Assembly: GCA_963666975.2 (NCBI GenBank) | Contig: CAXVYR010000004.1 | Span: 480,001-544,000, forward strand | DNA length: 64,000 nt | Source: Terriglobia bacterium | GTDB lineage: Bacteria > Acidobacteriota > Terriglobia > 2-12-FULL-54-10 | Direction of reading: 5' to 3' | Shown: piece after piece, positions 1-10,046 of the stretch | Layout of the letters: each line of letters begins with the position of its first letter | How positions within the stretch are numbered: the first letter of the stretch is position 1 | Notes under the pieces: model-generated | What the model was told of the DNA's origin: nothing | The model's database searches: none | What the model saw: the letters and a program-made list of their open reading frames with translations, nothing else | Translations under genes and position numbers: made by a program

Positions 1-137
1 GCACAGCGGTGGTCACCGAAACATGCCTGCGGACCCCAAATAAAATTAACGCATTGTTAAAACGCGTGGAGATTGCAACGGGGCTGAAACAGCCACCGTT
101 TTCGCTGCGTTGAATCCTAGATGGAGAGAGAGGTCTC

Positions 138-920
138 ATGCGATTGAAGGACGAGGTTGTATTGGTAACCGGCGGGAGCCGGGGCATCGGGCGCGCCATC
201 GCCTTGCGGTTTGCCCGGGAGGGAGCCGATGTCGCCCTCGCCGCGCGCACGCAATCCAGCCTGGATACAGCAGCAAAGGAAATTCGCGCCTTGGGCCGGA
301 AGGCTTTGGGCATTTCTTGCGATGTGGGCGACGCGAGCCAGTCGCAGGAGATGGTCCGGCGGGCAGAGGAGCATTTTGGAAAGATCGACGTGCTGGTCCA
401 CAACGCCGGCTATTTCTGTTCGATGAGTCCCCTGCACGAGATGCCCGAGGCGGAATGGGACCTCACGCTGCGAATGAATCTCAGCAGCGCCTTCTACGTC
501 CTGCGGGCCGCGCTGCCGGGGATGATCGCTCGCCGGAGCGGGTCCATTATTCTGATCTCGAGCAGCGCCGCCAAGGTAGCCTACTCCCTGGGCAGTCCGT
601 ACTCTGCCGCCAAGGCGGGCCTGCTGGGCCTGACGCGGGCCGTGGCTGCCGAGGCCGGACCGCAGGGCATCCGCGTGAATGCGCTCTGCCCGAGCATTGT
701 CCTGGGAACGGAAATGCATGCCAGGGTCAGCAATGAGCTGCACCGAACGCTGGGGATAACCGATGAACAACGAGTCTCCGCCGCGCGGGACTCCGCCTTG
801 TTGCGACGGCTTCCGAATCCGGAGGAGATCGCCGATGCGGCTCTTTTCCTGGCCTCCTCCGATTCCGGCCTCATGACCGGGCAAACGATCAATGTCGATG
901 GCGGAATGCGCTTCGACTAG
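138..920 (+). CDS. SDR family oxidoreductase (FabG-like)
   Basis: TGGSRGIG Rossmann motif, HNAG, YSAAK catalytic motif, C-terminal TGQTINVDGG. Confidence 0.92.
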   Translation: MRLKDEVVLVTGGSRGIGRAIALRFAREGADVALAARTQSSLDTAAKEIRALGRKALGISCDVGDASQSQEMVRRAEEHFGKIDVLVHNAGYFCSMSPLHEMPEAEWDLTLRMNLSSAFYVLRAALPGMIARRSGSIILISSSAAKVAYSLGSPYSAAKAGLLGLTRAVAAEAGPQGIRVNALCPSIVLGTEMHARVSNELHRTLGITDEQRVSAARDSALLRRLPNPEEIADAALFLASSDSGLMTGQTINVDGGMRFD

Positions 921-934
921 GGCCGGAGAGCCGC

Positions 935-1909
935 CTACTTGTCAATGTCGCGGTGGACGACCTTGGTGCGGAATCCGGTGCCCGTCAGGTTCTTGCGGAT
1001 GGTCTCCGCCATCATCACCGAACGGTGATGCCCGCCGGTGCATCCGAAAGAGATGGTCAGATAGCTTTTTCCTTCCCGCATGTAGTGGGGAATCAGATAG
1101 GCCAGCAACCGGGAGATGTTGCGGGTGAATTCCTGTGTTTGCGGAAACGAACGGATGTATTTGGCCACCGCGGGCTGCTTGCCGGAGAGATGCTGAAACT
1201 TGGGAATATAGTTCGGGTTGGGAAGGAACCGCACGTCAAACACCAAGTCGCTGTCGGTGGGAATCCCGTAGCGATACCCGAAGCTGATGCAGGAAACCAG
1301 CATGGAGCGGTGGCCGGAATGACTGCGGAAACGGTCAGCGATAAAATTTCGCAGCTCGTGCACATTGAACCGGCTGGTATCGATGGTCAGATCGGCCAGA
1401 TTCTGAATCTTTTCCAGCATCTTTCTCTCCGCTGCGATGCCGCGAGGCAACGGCAGTTTGCTGCCGAGGGGATGCGGGCGGCGCGTCTCGCTGAAACGCC
1501 GGACCAGGATCTCATCGCTGGCGTGGAGAAAGACAAGAATAGTCGGTATCTCCTGGCGGAACCGGCGGAAGATGGCGGGAAACCGCTTCAGCGCCTCCCC
1601 TTCACGAATGTCCACGACCAAAGCGGCGCGAGGATTTTCGTTGCTCTTCCGGTATAGTTCTGCGAACGTCGGGATCAAATCCACCGGCAGATTGTCCACG
1701 CAGTAGTAACCCAGGTCCTCGAAGGACTTCAACACGGAGCCTTTACCCGACCCGCTCATGCCGGTGAGAATGACGAAGTTGGCTTTGTGGGGGTGGGCAA
1801 CTGTAACGCCCTCCGCACGACCGCTGGCTCCTTTGCTACCCCGCGCCCCGGAGGGTTTCCGGAGAGAAGATTTTTTCGCTGACTTACGGACGGTCGCCTT
1901 TTCCTTCAT
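935..1909 (-). CDS. rapZ: RNase adapter protein RapZ (YvcJ family P-loop NTPase)
   Basis: TGMSGSGK Walker A, GYYCVDNLP, RRFSETRRPHPL, DVRFLPNP, GCTGGHHRSV; Lys-rich N-terminal extension. Confidence 0.95.
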   Translation of the reverse strand: MKEKATVRKSAKKSSLRKPSGARGSKGASGRAEGVTVAHPHKANFVILTGMSGSGKGSVLKSFEDLGYYCVDNLPVDLIPTFAELYRKSNENPRAALVVDIREGEALKRFPAIFRRFRQEIPTILVFLHASDEILVRRFSETRRPHPLGSKLPLPRGIAAERKMLEKIQNLADLTIDTSRFNVHELRNFIADRFRSHSGHRSMLVSCISFGYRYGIPTDSDLVFDVRFLPNPNYIPKFQHLSGKQPAVAKYIRSFPQTQEFTRNISRLLAYLIPHYMREGKSYLTISFGCTGGHHRSVMMAETIRKNLTGTGFRTKVVHRDIDK

Positions 1910-2045
1910 GGGGCAAGGATACGGTCGAATGGCCCTGCTTGCAAGTCATAACAATCATCGCAAGCATTCCAGCGGTTGCGAACCAATACAAACCGGAGGT
2001 TTCAGCGAGGGGTCGAAAGGGAGGATAGTAGGAATAAACGGGAGG

Positions 2046-3512
2046 TTAGTGCTTGTCTCGCCGCTGATGCGTGCTGGGAATTTTCAAGTCCGCACGGTAT
2101 TTGGCGACGGTGCGGCGGGTGACCGATATGCCCTGGCCGCACAGAATGTGGGTGATCTGCTCGTCGGTCAGCGGGTTGCTCTTGTCTTCCTGGTCGATCA
2201 TCTTTTTCACTTTCCTTTTCAGAATGAGCAGCGAAGTGGCGCCGCCGGAGGGGCCGTTCACCGCTTCCGAGAAAAAGTAGCGCAACTCGAAGACCCCCTG
2301 GGGCGTATGCGTATACTTGCTGGAGACGGCGCGGCTGACCGTGGAGGGATGAACCCCTACCTCCTCCGCCACGTCTTTGATCATCATCGGTTTCAGGTAG
2401 TCCACGCCGTAATCTAAAAAATCGCGCTGCCTTCCGATAATGGCCTCGCAAACCCTCACGATGGTGTGCTTGCGCTGCTCGATGTTTTTTAGCAGGTGTA
2501 CGGCCGAGGTGTAACGCTCCTTTACATAGTTACGGACTTCCTTGGTGGCGTTTCCGTGGTCCAGTAAACGGCGGTAGGTGGGATTGAGCCGCAGCTGCGG
2601 CAAGTCGTCGTCGTTTACGCGAATGGTGTATTCGTCGCCTTGCTTCGCAATGAAGACATCCGGCTCGATCAGCCGCGCCTGCGCCCGGTTGTACTGCTGG
2701 CCGGGATGGGGATCCAGTTTCCGGATGACCTCCACGGCAGCCTCCACCTCTGCAACGGGACGGCCCAAAGCGCGGGAGATTTCTTTATATTGCTTGTTCT
2801 GCAACTGGTGGAGGTGCTCGCTGACAATCTGGGAAGCCAGGGTGCCGCCCATGCCCAGGGCGTGGAGTTGAATGAGCAAGCACTCGCGCAGATCGCGGGC
2901 GGCTACTCCCGCCGGATCGCATTCCTGCACAATCCGCAAAGCCTCTTCCATGACTTTCAGCTCCAGCCCCCCGCTTTGAGCAATTTCTTCCAGTGAAACT
3001 GGCTTCCCCGGCTCTTCTCCCTCGAGATGCCCGTCCTCATTCAGGTTGCCCAGGATCAGAGCGATGGCCTCCTGCAACTCCGGAGAGTAATGGCCCATGG
3101 TCAATTGCCACTCTAAATGGTCAATGAGCGAGAGGGGTTTGGAGAGGAAATTCTCGAAGGAGGGAAGCTCCACAACCTCCGCCTGCGGGGTGCGGTAGCC
3201 GGGGTCGAGGTATTCGTCGAAAAAGGAGCCGAAATCTATCTCTTCAAAAGGGTCGCCGTTCCCATCGGCGTCCCGGATTTCTTGATCTGCCGGCGCCTCC
3301 TGCCGCTCTTCACCTTCCGCCAGTTGTTCTACGGAAGGCGGCCCGTCCTCCAGCACCTCATCGAGGATCGGGTTCTCGACCATCTCCTGATCGATCATCT
3401 CCTTGAGTTCCAGCTTGTTCAAAGCCAGAACGCTGACCATCTGCACCAAGCCCGGCGTCAGAATCTGTTTTTGGACGACTTTGAGATTTAGCCGGGGTTG
3501 TAAAACGTTCAT
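2046..3512 (-). CDS. rpoN: RNA polymerase sigma-54 factor
   Basis: N-terminal Q-rich LTP..Q region, HTH (DVAEEVGVHPSTVSRA), RpoN box TRRTVAKYR. Confidence 0.97.
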   Translation of the reverse strand: MNVLQPRLNLKVVQKQILTPGLVQMVSVLALNKLELKEMIDQEMVENPILDEVLEDGPPSVEQLAEGEERQEAPADQEIRDADGNGDPFEEIDFGSFFDEYLDPGYRTPQAEVVELPSFENFLSKPLSLIDHLEWQLTMGHYSPELQEAIALILGNLNEDGHLEGEEPGKPVSLEEIAQSGGLELKVMEEALRIVQECDPAGVAARDLRECLLIQLHALGMGGTLASQIVSEHLHQLQNKQYKEISRALGRPVAEVEAAVEVIRKLDPHPGQQYNRAQARLIEPDVFIAKQGDEYTIRVNDDDLPQLRLNPTYRRLLDHGNATKEVRNYVKERYTSAVHLLKNIEQRKHTIVRVCEAIIGRQRDFLDYGVDYLKPMMIKDVAEEVGVHPSTVSRAVSSKYTHTPQGVFELRYFFSEAVNGPSGGATSLLILKRKVKKMIDQEDKSNPLTDEQITHILCGQGISVTRRTVAKYRADLKIPSTHQRRDKH

Positions 3513-3516
3513 GGTG

Positions 3517-4239
3517 TCAGATACTCAAGGAAAAACTTTCGCCCAGGTAGACCCGTTTCACTTCCGAGTCATTGCCCAACTCGCCCGGAGTGCCGCTGCG
3601 GAAGATCCGGCCGTTGTTGATGATATAGGCGCGGTCGGTCACCGTCAGTGTCTCCCGGACATTGTGGTCGGTAATCAAGACCCCAATTCCGGAATCTCTC
3701 AACTGGGATATGATGTGCTGAATATCAATCAGGGCAATCGGGTCTATCCCGGAAAAAGGCTCATCGAGCAGGATGAAAGTCGGGGAAATCACTAAGGAGC
3801 GGGCTATCTCCACGCGCCTCCTCTCCCCTCCCGAGAGCATGTAGCCCCGGTTGTACCGAACCGCCGTCAAACCCAGCCGCTCCAGCAGCATTTCCAGGCG
3901 TTCACGGCGCTCCTGCCAGGAACAGGCCAGTGTCTCCAGCACGGCCAGGATATTTTCTTCCACTGTAAGCTTCTTAAAAATGGAGGGTTCTTGTGGGAGA
4001 TAACTGATGCCGGTCCGGGCCCGCTGGTACATGGGCATGCGGGTCAGGTCAATGCCATCCAGCAAGATGCGGCCCGCATCGGGATGAGTCAATCCCACCA
4101 TAATGTAAAAAGTGGTGGTTTTACCTGCTCCGTTGGGCCCCAACAGCCCGACCACTTCCCCCCGGTTGACTTCCAACGAGACATCGTCCACGACCTTGCG
4201 TCCCTTGTATGACTTGCTGAGGTCCTCTGTTTGAAGCAT
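3517..4239 (-). CDS. lptB: LPS export ABC transporter ATP-binding protein
   Basis: [41 protein letters not shown]; conserved position upstream of rpoN. Confidence 0.96.
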   Translation of the reverse strand: MLQTEDLSKSYKGRKVVDDVSLEVNRGEVVGLLGPNGAGKTTTFYIMVGLTHPDAGRILLDGIDLTRMPMYQRARTGISYLPQEPSIFKKLTVEENILAVLETLACSWQERRERLEMLLERLGLTAVRYNRGYMLSGGERRRVEIARSLVISPTFILLDEPFSGIDPIALIDIQHIISQLRDSGIGVLITDHNVRETLTVTDRAYIINNGRIFRSGTPGELGNDSEVKRVYLGESFSLSI

Positions 4240-4319
4240 TCGAGTCTCGCGGTTCCATTCCCGTACTCTCAGGCTGGGGGCGCCTGAGCCACGGGCCTCT
4301 GGAGAAGAAGCGTTCGCCG

Positions 4320-6794
4320 CTAGGGTGTTACATGGTGCCGGGTCTCTGTTTGCAAACCCGGTTTGCCATCCACAAAAATCCTATCATCGCCAATAAAGTA
4401 AGTCAATCGGGCCCCTTGCGTCGTTCCCCACTGCGCGTCGGAGACCGTGGCCATGTCTCCAAACAGGAGAATTTTTTCCTCGCCCGGCAGATACTCCAGC
4501 CGGTCCCCGGCGCCCTTGCGCCCCGGCTGCAAGATCGCCACGCCGTCGCTGGCAATAGCCCGTTCCACCTGCCACGGCCCGCTGGCATTTTTTTCTTTTC
4601 CCGGTTGAGGCGTGAAAAAAATCTCCAGTTCTTCGCTGGTCATCGTGCTGGCCGCATTCTGCATCCGCACACTTCCCTGATAGAGGGCTTTGTGTTGTGC
4701 TTGCTGATAGATAAAGATGAGGTAGTCCGAGCGGATTTCAAAACGGCCTGAAGGGACCACGCCTGAACGCGATGCCCCTAAAGGCGATGGTGAGGAAGCG
4801 AAAGCGGATGACGCGGCGGGGAGGCCTCCGTCAAGATCAGGAGGTTCTTCCGTTTTTTGGAACAGGCTGTATATCTTGTTCCGGGCTACCAACCGCCCCT
4901 GCCGCCGGTCCATCTCCAGCCAGTCGGCTTCTAACAGATTTCCGCCTTGCCACAAACGAGCCCTGCCTTCATAGAGAGCCTTTTCCGTGGCTCCGTCGTA
5001 GTGGAGCCGGTCGGCTACAACGTGGATCGGTCCCGAGCCGGCAAAGACACTGCGCTCCTTTTCGGGCGGGAAATAGGTAGTGGCGACCTTCCCCTCCGCG
5101 TTGATTTCACCGGTGGAACTCTTCAAGGCGATTCTGTGAGCAGAGATTTTGCCGCTGGAGTTCCAGACCATAGGGGTCCCCTGTAGCACAACCTCTTCCC
5201 TTCCCCCGGCAGTCGAGTAATCTGCCCGCTCAGCACGAGCCTCTCTGTCGGATTCCTGGTAGTGGAAATTCCCCCACTGCTGCATCCGATCCAGGGCCTG
5301 AGTGAGAGGATCAAAGGTGATTTGAAGATGGTCGCTGGAGGTAATGCGTCTTCGCGGGATATTCCCGCTGGCTTCGGCAACCACTCTCACGCTGCCTTCG
5401 GCTGCGAACAGGGTCAAGTTGCTCTCGGGGCCGAATTGCATTTCGAAGGTTTCTCCCGAGACGGTTCGCTTGTCTTTATTTTTGCCTGCTTTGGCAGGCA
5501 ACAGTTGCAGGGTGGAGGAATCTCTCGTGCGGAGCCGCTGCAAGCCCTCTCCACCAGCTCCCGGAAGCATCTCCACGTATTGCGCGGAGAGGATTTGGGC
5601 TCCTGGTCCATTGGCGGGTTCCGCTATTTCCGCCACTGACGAGGAAATAGGGGCGAAGGCGTGCGGCTCATGAAGAACAATCCGAACCTTGTCGTAAGCC
5701 TCGATGCGCTGGAGCAGGCCATTCTGAAACAACAGATCCACCCGCTGAGCCTGCCCTTCCCGTTGCGCTTGTCCGGTTCCGGCGCTCCAGTCTACATCCT
5801 GCACCAACAGCAGCTTCTTGATCTTGCCCTGCGCCGTGAACTCCAGCTCACCGCGGCCTGCCCGCAGTTCAGAAAAACGAAGCTGTGTTTGCTCTCTAGC
5901 GTGTATCCTACCTCCCAGCAAAGCCCGCTCCACCCGGTGGGAGCTGTCTAAAACTATTTCGCTGTCACCCGCTTCGAGCTTCCGATTGCCTTGCGTGATC
6001 TGCACAGGAGCGGCCAGGTAGATTTTCCCTTGGCCGCGGTGGAAACGCAGACGGCTGGCTCGGACGTGCGTTAACCCCTCCAGGTTTGATGGTGCTCTCG
6101 CATCTGGATTTGGAAAAGATGCCTTCACGATTTTGGATGGCGTTCCGTCCGGCTCTCTGTTCTGCTCACTGTCCGGCCCTGGCCGGATCGAGAGTTGGAC
6201 CGCCGATTGCAATATAAGCAATTGCTCCTGCGGATTGTAGATCGCCCCCTGCGAGACGCCCTCACCTGCTGCAAACTGGAATCGAACCTCCTTCTCTGTG
6301 GAGGCAATTCCGGTGTTCTGGTCAAAAGAAAGGCCGGAGGTAATGATATGGACCGGATTCGGAGCAGCCTGCTCTGCGTCCGAAGAAGACCCTAAAAGAG
6401 GAACGCCCAATTGCATGTTGACCTCCCCAGCGATGAATAGAAAACCGCTGCCGGGGTCGAATTCACATTCGCTGCTGGTGATGCGATCCAGCCGCGTGCC
6501 CTCTTTTCCGTAGAGCAGGATGGAAACGTTCTGCAGGACCGTCTTGCCCGTCTCTTTGAAGTTGGTGACCTGGGTCGCTTCAATCGTGTACAGGGTGTGA
6601 TCGCCGGAGCTTTTCGACAGCGAGAACGCTTGCATCTGTTGATTGATATCGGCGGCGATCTTGGGAGGCGGCGGTGGGCGGACGGCGCTTTTGGGCTGGC
6701 GAAACAGAAAACTGGCGAAGGTAATGCCCAGCACCGCAAACAACCCGGCCAGAGCCAGAAGACGGAGACGCCGCACAGTAAAAGTGAACCCCAT
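4320..6794 (-). CDS. LptC/LptA(OstA)-like LPS export periplasmic protein with multiple beta-jellyroll domains
   Basis: N-terminal TM anchor, repeated beta-rich OstA-like segments ([26 protein letters not shown]); lies directly upstream of lptB. Confidence 0.75.
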   Translation of the reverse strand: MGFTFTVRRLRLLALAGLFAVLGITFASFLFRQPKSAVRPPPPPKIAADINQQMQAFSLSKSSGDHTLYTIEATQVTNFKETGKTVLQNVSILLYGKEGTRLDRITSSECEFDPGSGFLFIAGEVNMQLGVPLLGSSSDAEQAAPNPVHIITSGLSFDQNTGIASTEKEVRFQFAAGEGVSQGAIYNPQEQLLILQSAVQLSIRPGPDSEQNREPDGTPSKIVKASFPNPDARAPSNLEGLTHVRASRLRFHRGQGKIYLAAPVQITQGNRKLEAGDSEIVLDSSHRVERALLGGRIHAREQTQLRFSELRAGRGELEFTAQGKIKKLLLVQDVDWSAGTGQAQREGQAQRVDLLFQNGLLQRIEAYDKVRIVLHEPHAFAPISSSVAEIAEPANGPGAQILSAQYVEMLPGAGGEGLQRLRTRDSSTLQLLPAKAGKNKDKRTVSGETFEMQFGPESNLTLFAAEGSVRVVAEASGNIPRRRITSSDHLQITFDPLTQALDRMQQWGNFHYQESDREARAERADYSTAGGREEVVLQGTPMVWNSSGKISAHRIALKSSTGEINAEGKVATTYFPPEKERSVFAGSGPIHVVADRLHYDGATEKALYEGRARLWQGGNLLEADWLEMDRRQGRLVARNKIYSLFQKTEEPPDLDGGLPAASSAFASSPSPLGASRSGVVPSGRFEIRSDYLIFIYQQAQHKALYQGSVRMQNAASTMTSEELEIFFTPQPGKEKNASGPWQVERAIASDGVAILQPGRKGAGDRLEYLPGEEKILLFGDMATVSDAQWGTTQGARLTYFIGDDRIFVDGKPGLQTETRHHVTP

Positions 6795-7309
6795 AAAGCG
6801 ATCTTTCCCTAAAATCCAATATAGGCGCGCTCTCTACGCATGTCAAACGAAGGATAACCCGAAAGGTGCAGATAACGAGGCGAATGTCCGGCGGCGCATG
6901 AATCACGCAGAAGACGGTTTTCCTGCGGAGCGACTAAGACAGTTTTCTTCTGGCTGCCGGGGCGTTGGGCGTGGGTTCCGGGTTTGCCAAATTATCGGGC
7001 GGTGGTAGCGGCAAATTGTCGGTCTCAATTTGCCGTGGGTTCGTAAATCCAATCCGAGCCGAGCGCGTAAGCAAGTGGTCACAAGCGCTAGCAGGAAGTC
7101 AGAAAGCTTTTTTGTCCGCTCCTCCCGGCCCGCCATCCGATGCAACTTGATGCATCTGGCTTGATAGGCTGCTTTCTGTAAACTTGGGGTCGCCAGCTAA
7201 CCCACTATCATCCGTTGCAATGCTTTTCGGGAGTTGGAACATTCCCGGTAGAATACTTCTGCTAAAGAAAATGGTCCAAACGCAAAATCCAAGCGCAATA
7301 GAGGTGTCC

Positions 7310-8047
7310 ATGCATCCGAATATTGAGAACAAAGTAGCGGTCGTTACGGGCGGAAGCCGGGGAATCGGATTCCGAATTGCCGAGGCGCTCCTCGAACACG
7401 GCGCAAGCGTCTTTATGTGCTCGCGGGAGGAAGCACGCCTGCGGCAGGCGCTGGACCTCTTGCAGGAGACGGCCGGGCCGCGCGCCGAAGGAATGGTGAC
7501 CGATGTACGGGATTATCAACAAGTCGAAAAGCTGATGGCGCGGGCCGAAGAACGCTTCGGCGGCATTGATATCCTGGTCAACAACGCCGGCATTGGACTG
7601 TTCCGGCCCATTGAGCAGTTGACTCCGGAAGAGTGGGACGAGGTGATCGGCACGAACCTGACCGGCGTTTTCTATTGCAGCCGCGCCGCCGTCGGGCCGA
7701 TGAAGCGCCGGGGCGGCGGTTATATTTTCAATATCGGCAGTCTGGCCGGAAAGAATCCCTTCGCGGGCGGGATCGCTTACAACGCCTCCAAGTTCGGGTT
7801 GAACGGCATGAGCGAGGCGATGATGCTGGACCTGCGTTATGAAAACATTCGCGTCAGCCAAATCATGCCGGGCAGCGTGGAAACCTCCTTCGGCCGCTCC
7901 TCTCCCCGGGGGCCGCGCTCGGCATCTGCAAGTTGGAGAATAGCCGCAGAGGACGTGGCGCAGGTGGTGCTGGACTTGCTTCGATCCGATCCCCGGACCA
8001 TGCTGAGCCGCGTAGAGATGAGGCCCAGCAAGCCTCCCCGGAAATGA
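7310..8047 (+). CDS. SDR family oxidoreductase
   Basis: TGGSRGIG, NNAG, YNASK; GAGGTG RBS at 7301 favours ATG 7310. Confidence 0.92.
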   Translation: MHPNIENKVAVVTGGSRGIGFRIAEALLEHGASVFMCSREEARLRQALDLLQETAGPRAEGMVTDVRDYQQVEKLMARAEERFGGIDILVNNAGIGLFRPIEQLTPEEWDEVIGTNLTGVFYCSRAAVGPMKRRGGGYIFNIGSLAGKNPFAGGIAYNASKFGLNGMSEAMMLDLRYENIRVSQIMPGSVETSFGRSSPRGPRSASASWRIAAEDVAQVVLDLLRSDPRTMLSRVEMRPSKPPRK

Positions 8048-8101
8048 GTTCGGGAAAGGGAGACGGCCTTTAGGCTAGCCTGACCTCGGTCATGAAGGAT
8101 G

Positions 8102-8129
8102 TTGACAGTTACACACCTGCTCGTATAAC
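8102..8129 (+). promoter_or_regulatory. sigma70-type promoter of the TA operon, with an overlapping imperfect palindrome
   Basis: TTGACA-16-TATAAC; GTTACAC...GTATAAC inverted repeat. Confidence 0.55.
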
Positions 8130-8150
8130 CTGACGGCCCAGGAGGAACTC

Positions 8151-8402
8151 ATGCGCCGTCAGTTTGTATTGGATGCTCGCAGCGAGCAATTGCTGGACCG
8201 GTTGGCCGCAGCACGCGCTGGGAACCGCAGCTTTGTCGTGCGCGAGGCGATTGCTTTGTACGCCAGCCTGGAAGAGCGGTTGGACAAGATTGAGTCCCAG
8301 CCCGGATTCCAGCGGCAGATGCGGAAATCCGCTGCGGATATCCAGGCGGGCCGGGTATCGACGCACGCTCAACTGAAAAAGCGTCTCAGGAAACGCCGCT
8401 GA
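8151..8402 (+). CDS. ribbon-helix-helix type II antitoxin
   Basis: short RHH-like N-terminus (NRSFVVREAI), C-terminal ADIQAGRVSTH; AGGAGG RBS; overlaps the toxin start. Confidence 0.75.
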   Translation: MRRQFVLDARSEQLLDRLAAARAGNRSFVVREAIALYASLEERLDKIESQPGFQRQMRKSAADIQAGRVSTHAQLKKRLRKRR

Positions 8403-8644
8403 TGGCCGAGGTCATTTGGCCGCAGAACCTCATTGACCACATACTGGAAATGCCGGACCCGGAGTGCCGGCAAATTCTCGATAAGGTAACGCGTCTGGAG
8501 GCCTTTCCGGAAATGTATCCCGTTAGGACCAGCGGGCCTTTTCGCGGGCATCGCTGGTTTATTGCTGGTTCCTGGCTGGTCTATTACCGAGTTGTGGAAG
8601 ACAAGGTATACATGCGAGCGATTTGGCCCGCGCGCATTCCATAG
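8402..8644 (+). CDS. RelE/ParE family toxin
   Basis: 80 aa; LEAFPEMYP and WLVYYRV...IWPAR RelE/ParE-like pattern; TGATG coupling. Confidence 0.75.
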   Translation: MAEVIWPQNLIDHILEMPDPECRQILDKVTRLEAFPEMYPVRTSGPFRGHRWFIAGSWLVYYRVVEDKVYMRAIWPARIP

Positions 8645-8727
8645 TTTTTTGCAGACGAGTGATCCCCGGAAGGCCGGGATACTTCCCAGCAAGCCTCCCT
8701 GGAAATAACGCGTCGGAGGGAAACTTC

Positions 8728-9240
8728 TCAAAACAGCGGCTTGAGTTTTCGGTAGGTGTCGGCGAGAGCCTCCGGCAGGACGCGGGTCTCGGAGACAACG
8801 GTAAGAAAATTCGAGTCGGCGTGCCAGCGCGGGAGCACGTGCATATGGATGTGCTCGGCGACTCCCGCCCCCGCACTCTTGCCGAGGTTCATCCCCAGGT
8901 TGATTCCATCCGGCCGGTAGGCTTGCTGGAGAGCCTGCTCCGCCTTGCGGGTCAGCGCCATCATCTCCGTCCATGTGGCGTCGTCGGCGGCCGAGAGTTG
9001 GCCGATGTGGCGGTAGGGCACGACCATCAGATGGCCGCTGGTGTAGGGGAACAGATTCAGGATGACGAAGTTGTTCCGCCCCCGGTGGACCACGTAATTC
9101 TCTTCGTCGCTCTCCTGCTGTGTCTTGTTTTGCGGCTGGTCTTGTGGCTTGTCTTGTATTTGGGCGCAAAACACGCACCCCTCCGGGGGGGCTTGCTGCG
9201 TCACGTACTGATAGCGCCAGGGACTCCAGAGGTAATCCAT
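8728..9240 (-). CDS. HIT family hydrolase (Ap4A phosphorylase-like)
   Basis: LWSPWR, CVFC, NLFPYTSGHLMVVPYRH, HIHMHVLPRW histidine triad. Confidence 0.93.
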   Translation of the reverse strand: MDYLWSPWRYQYVTQQAPPEGCVFCAQIQDKPQDQPQNKTQQESDEENYVVHRGRNNFVILNLFPYTSGHLMVVPYRHIGQLSAADDATWTEMMALTRKAEQALQQAYRPDGINLGMNLGKSAGAGVAEHIHMHVLPRWHADSNFLTVVSETRVLPEALADTYRKLKPLF

Positions 9241-9290
9241 GTTGGAGATTTCACGCTTCCGCCGGTGGCGGATGGCAATCGGATGGGAGA

Positions 9291-9614
9291 TTACGTTTGC
9301 GACGGCGTTACGCTCGGCTCCGGCTGCGGTTCCGGTTTGGCCGCGTTGATCATGTCCTTGAGTTCCTTGCTTGGCTTGAAATAGGGGACTGTTTTGGAGG
9401 GAACATCCACACGAGCGCCGGTCTTCGGATTCCGTCCCACGCGGGGCTGGCGTTGCCGCGTGCGGAAGCTTCCGAAGCCGCGGATTTCGATCTTTTCCGA
9501 TGACTTCAAGGCCTTCACTATGCTTTCAAAAATCGTCTCCACAATGACTTCTGAATCCTTGCGGGTCATCTCCACTACGCGCGAGACTCCCTCAATTAAA
9601 TCGGCCTTTGTCAT
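9291..9614 (-). CDS. integration host factor beta / HU family DNA-binding protein
   Basis: MTKADLI, IEIRGFGSF, GRNPKTG, PYFKPSKELK. Confidence 0.93.
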   Translation of the reverse strand: MTKADLIEGVSRVVEMTRKDSEVIVETIFESIVKALKSSEKIEIRGFGSFRTRQRQPRVGRNPKTGARVDVPSKTVPYFKPSKELKDMINAAKPEPQPEPSVTPSQT

Positions 9615-10046
9615 AGAAATATACCGTCTCCTTCGCTAATTCGCTAACGATGAATCGACTTTGTAACTAAACGTACGGCCTGTCTGCAACGGGCAGTTTC
9701 GGGAGAGCGACGATGCCGTTGGCAATGTGCAATTGCCTCGCCTGCTTCACGCTGCTTTCTTCATCCCTGCTTTTTATCCCTATTTATTTTCTTTTCTTCG
9801 CCTCCCGATTTTCCGCCCCCTATTCCTCAAGGCGGGTAGTATGCCTCTGTCGCCGCACGGATGCAATAGATTATCCATCATTTCCGGCAAAGAATTTTGC
9901 GGTCTGCCGGGAAAAAGCAGTTCTTCCCCTTACCGCCATCTTTCTCCCCCCGGCGAATTCACTTCGCGGCAAGGAAAGTTCCCACGGCGAGGAGCAGCAT
10001 CGCGCCAGATAATGCGCAATCAGCCATGAATGACGTTTTCGAGGCG

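Noticed and set aside
1910-2045. Absence of hpf/ptsN/hprK between rpoN and rapZ
   Set aside because: Operon composition varies widely and no remnant is visible
9110-9165. Short QDKP/QDQP/QNKT repeats in the HIT protein
   Set aside because: Degenerate low-complexity loop insertion with no further signal
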